This document shows, piece by piece, positions 58,706 through 64,000 of a stretch of 64,000 nt of DNA. A model generated the notes under the pieces. The model was not told the origin of the DNA and did not search any database. It saw only the letters and a list, made by a program, of their open reading frames with translations. This DNA comes from Abditibacterium sp. (GTDB taxonomy: Bacteria; Armatimonadota; Abditibacteriia; Abditibacteriales; Abditibacteriaceae). The position numbers and the translations under genes are program-made. The stretch is taken from NCBI GenBank assembly GCA_965199495.1, contig CBDASK010000003.1:3424001-3488000 (forward strand), written 5' to 3'. The stretch's first letter is position 1. Each line of letters begins with the position of its first letter.

Positions 58706-59011
58706 ATGACGATGATTTTGGAACTGCCCGCCGAACTGGAAGCGCGCCTCCAAGCCGATGCGCGCGCGCGTGGAGTTGCGCCCGAAATCGTCGTTGTAGA
58801 GGCGGTCAGCGCGCGTTACTCAGAGCAAACAAACGCCGACGAGCAAAGGCGCCAGGCGGCGTTGGCAGGATTGGGAATGTTCGCGGGCCGAGGCCGCAGC
58901 GTGGATGAGTTTTTGGCCGAACGCCATGCTGAAGGTCAGGCCGAATACGAGAAATGGAGCGCGCAGCGTTTGGGCGACGAAGTTGACAACGCCGCCGGAG
59001 ATGTTTCGTGA
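58706..59011 (+). CDS. putative antitoxin
   Basis: LELPAELEARL..A..RG and SVDEFLAERHAE motifs; GTGA overlap with the PIN gene. Confidence 0.75.
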   Translation: MTMILELPAELEARLQADARARGVAPEIVVVEAVSARYSEQTNADEQRRQAALAGLGMFAGRGRSVDEFLAERHAEGQAEYEKWSAQRLGDEVDNAAGDVS

Positions 59012-59496
59012 GAATCGTCGCCCCGGTGAGCGTCGCGCCCGGTGGAACTTACGTTTTAGATTCGTCGGGAATGTTGGCCTACCTGAAGAACGAGGCGGGC
59101 GGCGCTTTGGTCGCCAGCATTCTGAGCGATGTCACTTCGACGGTTTACGCTCACAGCGTCAACCTGGTCGAGGTGCGTTACGATTTTGGCGCACCATCCG
59201 TAGAAGCGAATCGTAGCGCGGCAAAGCGGGCCTTGGCTCAACTTTTCGCGGCGGGCGTGCAAGAAAGACGCGATAACGATTCCGAATTTTTTGAAGATGT
59301 GGCGCTTTTAATCGCCGAGCGGCGCGCGCAATTGCCCGATCCAAATAATCCAAGACAGAAACCGCGCTTGGCTCTGGGCGATGCGTTTGGTCTGGCGTTA
59401 TCGAGACGGTTAGGCGTTGGGTTCGTCACCGCCGACCAAAGCGAAATCGTGCCGATGCAAACCGCCGGATTTTGCCGCGCGCTGTTTATTCGGTGA
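59008..59496 (+). CDS. PIN-domain (VapC-like) toxin
   Basis: VLDSS..LAYL..EAG, VNLVEV, LGDAF.LAL, VTAD. Confidence 0.88.
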   Translation: MRIVAPVSVAPGGTYVLDSSGMLAYLKNEAGGALVASILSDVTSTVYAHSVNLVEVRYDFGAPSVEANRSAAKRALAQLFAAGVQERRDNDSEFFEDVALLIAERRAQLPDPNNPRQKPRLALGDAFGLALSRRLGVGFVTADQSEIVPMQTAGFCRALFIR

Positions 59497-59514
59497 CTAA
59501 TCGAGTAACTCACT

Positions 59515-62094
59515 CTAACTCACGCGCACCAAATTCAATTTGTCGCCCCAGAATCGCTGTAATCCGCGCTCCAACGCCTGATGCTCCGGCCATTCGAGCG
59601 TCGGATCGGCTTGCACGACATCTTGCGCCGCCTCGCGCGCGAGGGCAATTACGTCAATATCTTCAATTAAATTCGCCAAGCGAAAATCGGGCATTCCGCT
59701 TTGGCGCGTGCCGTAAAACTCGCCCGGCCCGCGCAGTTGCAAATCGTGTTCGGCGATCTCGAAACCGTTTTGCGTTTTGACCATCACGTTTAAACGGGCT
59801 TTGCCGTCGTCGCCTTTGGGGTCGGCGAGCAAAATACATTTGCTGGCGCCCGGCCCGCGCCCGACGCGCCCGCGCAACTGGTGCAATTGCGAAAGTCCAA
59901 AGCGGTCGGCGTCTTCGATGAGCATTACCGTCGCGTTGGGCACGTCAACGCCGACTTCGATGACGGTTGTCGAAACCAACACGTCGTGCATTCCCTGCCG
60001 GAACAGTTCCATCTGTTCGTCGCGCTCGTAAATGTCCATTTGGCCGTGAACCAGACCGACGCGAAGCCCGTTCAACTCGTTTTCGCGCAACGATTCGGCG
60101 ACCGCCGTGGCTGCCTTGAGGTTGGCGAGTTTTTCCGATTCTTCGACGAGCGGGCAAACCACATACGCCTGATGGCCTTTGCCAACTTCGGCGCGCACAT
60201 AATTGTAAGCGCGCTCGCGGGCCGATGGCTTGATTTTCATCGTCTTAATCGGCTGGCGACCGGGCGGCAGTTCGTCCAAAACCGAGACGTCCAAATCGCC
60301 GTAAACCGTCAAAGCTAAAGTGCGCGGAATCGGCGTTGCTGTCATTACCACGACATCGGGGCGCACGCCGCCCGCGCCTTTTTCGGCGAGCGCCGCGCGC
60401 TGCATCACGCCGAAACGATGTTGCTCGTCCACCACGCAAACGCCCAACTTATGAAACTCGACGCCTTCCTGAATCAAGGCGTGCGTGCCGACGACGACGT
60501 GCGTGCGGCCCTCGGCCAAATCCGCCAAAATCGCGCGCTTGTTTTTGGCTTTTAAGCTGCCTTCCAACAAACCGACTTCGACGCCCAATGGCTTGAGCAA
60601 CCGATCTAAAACATAGAAATGTTGCTCGCTCAAAATCTCGGTCGGCGCCAAAAGCGCGCCCTGATAACCGGCCTTGAACGCCGACCACAACGCATAAGCC
60701 GCGACAATGGTTTTGCCGCTTCCCACGTCGCCGTGCAAAAGCCGGTTTGTGGGGCGCGGCGAGCGCAAGTCGAGGCGAATTTCGTTCATCACACGCTTTT
60801 GCGCGCCGGTGAGTTTAAACGGTAGCGCCGCGATGAACTTTTTGATTTCGTCGTTTTCGACGATGACGCGATTGCCCGCTTCCTCGAAATGCGCGCTGCG
60901 TTTTTTCTGGGCCAGCGCGACTTGCAACAGAAATAATTCCTCGAAAACCAGACGATAACGCGCGCGTTCTTTGGTGTCTTCGTCATCGGGAAAATGAATC
61001 GCGCGGAGAGCCGGTTCCATTTCCATCAAATCGAATTTTTCGCGAATATCGGGCGGAATCATCTCTTCCAAAGTTGGCCCGTATCTATCCAGAGCGTCGG
61101 CGATTGCGCGGCGCATATTCGACTGGAACAAGCCGTCGGAAAGCGGATAGACCGGCACGATGCGTCCGATTTGCGAGCCGTCGCCTTCGCTGACAATTTC
61201 AAATTCGGGACTGTCCACCTGCAAGACGCCGTTAAATTCCGAGATTTTGCCGAACGCGAAAACCTGCGTGCCAACCGGAAACTGTTTGGCGCGCCATGCC
61301 TGATTCCACCATTGCAAATCCACGAAGCCGGTTCCGTCGCCCACGCGCACGCGCGTGATTTTGCGATGGCCCATGTCGCGCGTTTGCGCTTCGTATTGCA
61401 CCGTCGCCAGAAACGAATCTTTGTCGCCCGGCAATAACTCGGCGATAGATTTCACGATGCGCCGGTCTTCGTAGCGCGCCGGAAAATGATGCAGCAGATC
61501 GTCAATGGTGCGAATGCCTAATTTCGCCAACGTCTTGGCGCGCCCGGTGCCGATACCTTTTAAATAAAGCACGCCTTCGTCAATCGAAATCGGTTCGGGT
61601 TCGGGCTTTTCGGCACGTTCTGTTTTCGCGATGGGCGCCACTTCTTCGATTTCATCGGCTGTTCGCGGCAACGATTCGATTGGCGCCGCCGATGCAGCCA
61701 CGGCGGGCGCCTGCGCTTCGCGGCGTTGCTGCGCTTGCGCGCGCGAAACCGTAATTGCCGGACGCGGCGGCGTGGCTGCATTGCGTTCGGCGATGGGCGC
61801 GCTATCCAATGTATCTTCGAGTTTGTCCACCAATTCGCCGGTCACGCGCACGATATGGCGGCGCGTGTCTTCGTCTTCATAAGGATAACGCTTCCAAATA
61901 TCGTGCAATCGTTGCAGCGTAAATTCGCATGTCACTGGCACGGCGTCGTCGCCTGAGGCAATCGCGTCCAGAGCGCGTTGGGTTATCGTCATATAAAAGC
62001 GGCTGGTGCCGCCGTCCATCGCCGAATTGTTCCACTCTTTGGCGGTTTCGAGCGGGAGCGGCGCGCGTAATTTGTCGAGGTTTTCGCGAAGCAT
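59515..62094 (-). CDS. recG: ATP-dependent DNA helicase RecG
   Basis: GDVGSGKT, DEQHRFG, TATPIPRT, QLHQLRGRVGR, DLQLRGPGE. Confidence 0.97.
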   Translation of the reverse strand: MLRENLDKLRAPLPLETAKEWNNSAMDGGTSRFYMTITQRALDAIASGDDAVPVTCEFTLQRLHDIWKRYPYEDEDTRRHIVRVTGELVDKLEDTLDSAPIAERNAATPPRPAITVSRAQAQQRREAQAPAVAASAAPIESLPRTADEIEEVAPIAKTERAEKPEPEPISIDEGVLYLKGIGTGRAKTLAKLGIRTIDDLLHHFPARYEDRRIVKSIAELLPGDKDSFLATVQYEAQTRDMGHRKITRVRVGDGTGFVDLQWWNQAWRAKQFPVGTQVFAFGKISEFNGVLQVDSPEFEIVSEGDGSQIGRIVPVYPLSDGLFQSNMRRAIADALDRYGPTLEEMIPPDIREKFDLMEMEPALRAIHFPDDEDTKERARYRLVFEELFLLQVALAQKKRSAHFEEAGNRVIVENDEIKKFIAALPFKLTGAQKRVMNEIRLDLRSPRPTNRLLHGDVGSGKTIVAAYALWSAFKAGYQGALLAPTEILSEQHFYVLDRLLKPLGVEVGLLEGSLKAKNKRAILADLAEGRTHVVVGTHALIQEGVEFHKLGVCVVDEQHRFGVMQRAALAEKGAGGVRPDVVVMTATPIPRTLALTVYGDLDVSVLDELPPGRQPIKTMKIKPSARERAYNYVRAEVGKGHQAYVVCPLVEESEKLANLKAATAVAESLRENELNGLRVGLVHGQMDIYERDEQMELFRQGMHDVLVSTTVIEVGVDVPNATVMLIEDADRFGLSQLHQLRGRVGRGPGASKCILLADPKGDDGKARLNVMVKTQNGFEIAEHDLQLRGPGEFYGTRQSGMPDFRLANLIEDIDVIALAREAAQDVVQADPTLEWPEHQALERGLQRFWGDKLNLVRVS

Positions 62095-62312
62095 ATATTG
62101 ATAAATCTTAGTTTAGTCGAGTGCGGTTCAATGGATTGGATGAAATCGTTTGGCGACGAATTATAGCCGTTTATCATCCGTGAATAGACTGCTCCGAAAA
62201 TTTATTTTTTGAGCAGGGAACAACAACAAACCACTCGACTTTAGAGAACAAGGAAGCGAATGTTGCCGTAGGGCAAAACAAAAACATTCGCAAAGTAGAT
62301 CAAGCTAATATA

Positions 62313-62843
62313 ATGAAAATCCACAAATTCTCCCGCTACGGCCTCTTGGCCCTGACCCTCGCCACCAGCGCCATCGCCACACCGAACTTCGCTCACGCTC
62401 AGGACAAAATGTCTGACAGCAAAATGTCGGGCGACAAAATGCACGACAGCAAAATGTCCGGTGACAAAATGTCGGGCGACAAAATGCACGACAACAAAAT
62501 GGGCGCTGCGATGACATCGGCTCACTTGAGCGGCGGCTTCAAGCAGGTCACGCACGCCACGTCGGGCACCGCTACTCTCGTCGGCGATAAGCTGACGCTG
62601 ACGAACTTCAAAACGGGCGCTGGCCCCAAATTGCACGTTTACCTCGTGCAGGGCGACGTTTCGAGCAACGCGGCCATCAAAAAGGCCGTTGCCGCCAAAA
62701 AGTTCACCGATCTGGGCTTGCTCAAAAGCACTTCGGGCAACCAGAACTACGCTTTGCCCAAGGGAGCGCACGCCCAAGGCGCCAGCGTCGTGGTGTGGTG
62801 CGCTAAGTTCAATGTCGCCTTTGGTTCGGCGAAATTGGGTTAA
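62313..62843 (+). CDS. secreted DM13-domain protein with Met-rich pentapeptide repeats
   Basis: Signal peptide, (DKMSG/DKMHD) repeats, GPKLHVYL, LG.LK...GNQNY.LP, WC..F.V.FG. Confidence 0.88.
   Translation: MKIHKFSRYGLLALTLATSAIATPNFAHAQDKMSDSKMSGDKMHDSKMSGDKMSGDKMHDNKMGAAMTSAHLSGGFKQVTHATSGTATLVGDKLTLTNFKTGAGPKLHVYLVQGDVSSNAAIKKAVAAKKFTDLGLLKSTSGNQNYALPKGAHAQGASVVVWCAKFNVAFGSAKLG
62403..62501 (+). repeat. coding tandem repeat, 15-bp period
   Basis: gacaaaatgtcgggc / gacagcaaaatg variants encoding (D/S/N)KMxx pentapeptides. Confidence 0.85.
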
Positions 62844-62855
62844 TTCAGCACGCAG

Positions 62856-62892
62856 AAAAAACGGGCAACGATTCATCGTTGCCCGTTTTTTT
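62856..62892 (+). terminator. intrinsic terminator
   Basis: aaaaaacgggcaacgat-tc-atcgttgcccgtttttt. Confidence 0.8.
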
Positions 62893-62982
62893 GTGCCCGA
62901 TGCGACGCTGATCGGGCGGGAACAAAGCTCCGATGATCAACATTGAACCCAATAGAACGTTCTTTTGAGCGCGGACATTCTC

Positions 62983-63303
62983 ATGTTTTTGACACTTCTC
63001 CTTTGCAAACGAGCTTTACAGCAAATGGACGATTACCTTGATGGCGAACTTGTGCTGAGCGATATGTTGGCCGTTAGTCGGCATTTGCGGCTCTGTCACG
63101 CTTGCCAGAAAAAGTTTGCTTTCGAGGCCCAGTTGTCCCAAGAAATGAGAGACCAATTGCAAAAGATGACCGCTCTCGAAGAGCGCGCGTTGACAGATAT
63201 GTCGGCGCGCGTGTTGTGTTCTTTGAGCGAGCTTGACGAGTTCGATATTTCACCGCCCACTGGCGACGCGCCATTAACGCAAGAAAATAGAAACTTCATC
63301 TGA
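62983..63303 (+). CDS. zf-HC2 (ZAS) anti-sigma factor
   Basis: C...MDDYLDGEL...HLRLCHAC (HxxxCxxC). Confidence 0.85.
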   Translation: MFLTLLLCKRALQQMDDYLDGELVLSDMLAVSRHLRLCHACQKKFAFEAQLSQEMRDQLQKMTALEERALTDMSARVLCSLSELDEFDISPPTGDAPLTQENRNFI

Positions 63304-63314
63304 AAGGTTTCACT

Positions 63315-64000
63315 TTACTCGCTCGATCCAGCTTTTAGCAACTGCGACAAAGCTGCTTCGATACGTTGGGTTTCGCCGGTTTCGCCTCCGAAATCGCGCC
63401 AGAGTAGAGCGGCTTCGAGGCGTTCGTGTTGAGTTGACAATTTCGCTTTATAAGCCGGTTTTTGTTTGTCCCTTTTCTTTCCGCGCACGCCGATGGCGCG
63501 CCACAAATTCTTTTGATATTCGAGCGGATAATGGTTTTGAAGCACTTCGACCAATTCGAGAATTGGCGCTACCGAAGGGCGCGCCGTCCACTGATAAAGA
63601 GGATAAATCGACACGCCGTTGATGCGACTCCCATAAAGATACCATGTCCTCGAATTTTCGTCGGTTTCGTGATAACTGAGCTTTTGCAGCGCGGGCACGA
63701 GCGCATCCCACTTTTCCGGGGTTTCCAAATCGCGTGTCAAATCCGTCCATTTTCGCTCATCGTCGTTCAACCTTGCGAACGCGCGCGCCGCCTGTAAATC
63801 GCCATCGGCGTTTTCGCTCAGCCAATTCTCGAACCATTCGAGCGGTTGGCTCATCCACGCGATTTGTCCCTGCGGCGCCGGAAAATTCGCCTTCCAATGC
63901 CAAATTGCGCCCTTGCGCTGCACCGCCGATTTCACGAGGGCGCGTTTGGGCCGTACCAGCGCCCAATCGTCGCCATCGCTAAATGGCACGACGCGAAAGA
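63315..64000 (-). CDS. hypothetical protein (5' end may lie outside window)
   Basis: Open frame to the window edge; ends ...STQHERLEAALLWRDF... Confidence 0.65.
   Translation of the reverse strand, partial: FRVVPFSDGDDWALVRPKRALVKSAVQRKGAIWHWKANFPAPQGQIAWMSQPLEWFENWLSENADGDLQAARAFARLNDDERKWTDLTRDLETPEKWDALVPALQKLSYHETDENSRTWYLYGSRINGVSIYPLYQWTARPSVAPILELVEVLQNHYPLEYQKNLWRAIGVRGKKRDKQKPAYKAKLSTQHERLEAALLWRDFGGETGETQRIEAALSQLLKAGSSE

Noticed and set aside
58706..59496. PIN toxin-antitoxin pair as a novel system
   Set aside because: Ordinary VapBC-like organisation with nothing unusual visible.
2066..61779. GCAGCCACG as a Chi or KOPS site
   Set aside because: Copies split 16/16 between strands and are interleaved, whereas Chi and KOPS are strongly oriented within a replichore. 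A genome-wide test is still needed.
1..64000. CRISPR array, prophage, integron or IS element
   Set aside because: No regularly spaced direct repeats with unique spacers, and no cas, integrase, transposase or phage structural genes were recognised.

Overview
GC-rich bacterial chromosomal window, mostly housekeeping genes: era, htpX, lepB, glyQS, aroB, hflX, aspS, ndk, a rex-polyprenyl synthase-ccmABCD-hem cluster and recG, plus tRNA-Lys(CTT) and tRNA-Leu(TAG). Gene content and the lineage-specific paralogs suggest an Armatimonadota/Abditibacteriota-like organism (inference only). No CRISPR array, integrase, transposase or prophage was seen. The strongest unexplained signal is a dispersed non-palindromic 9-mer, GCAGCCACG (often extended to GCAGCCACGNCG). 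I counted 32 exact copies by eye, 16 per strand, in all six reading frames, including a head-to-head pair forming the hairpin between two convergent genes. This is how DNA-uptake sequences behave. Other notable items: (1) a TIR-domain gene with an in-frame TAA whose C-terminus resembles a DnaX/tau-type domain; (2) a tandem paralog family with identical 5' ends, divergent bodies and an embedded toxin-antitoxin pair whose toxin is broken by a 13-bp triplication; (3) a tRNA-Leu with a short variable arm; (4) many unrelated REP-like palindrome families; (5) signs of widespread leaderless transcription. All counts and coordinates were read manually.
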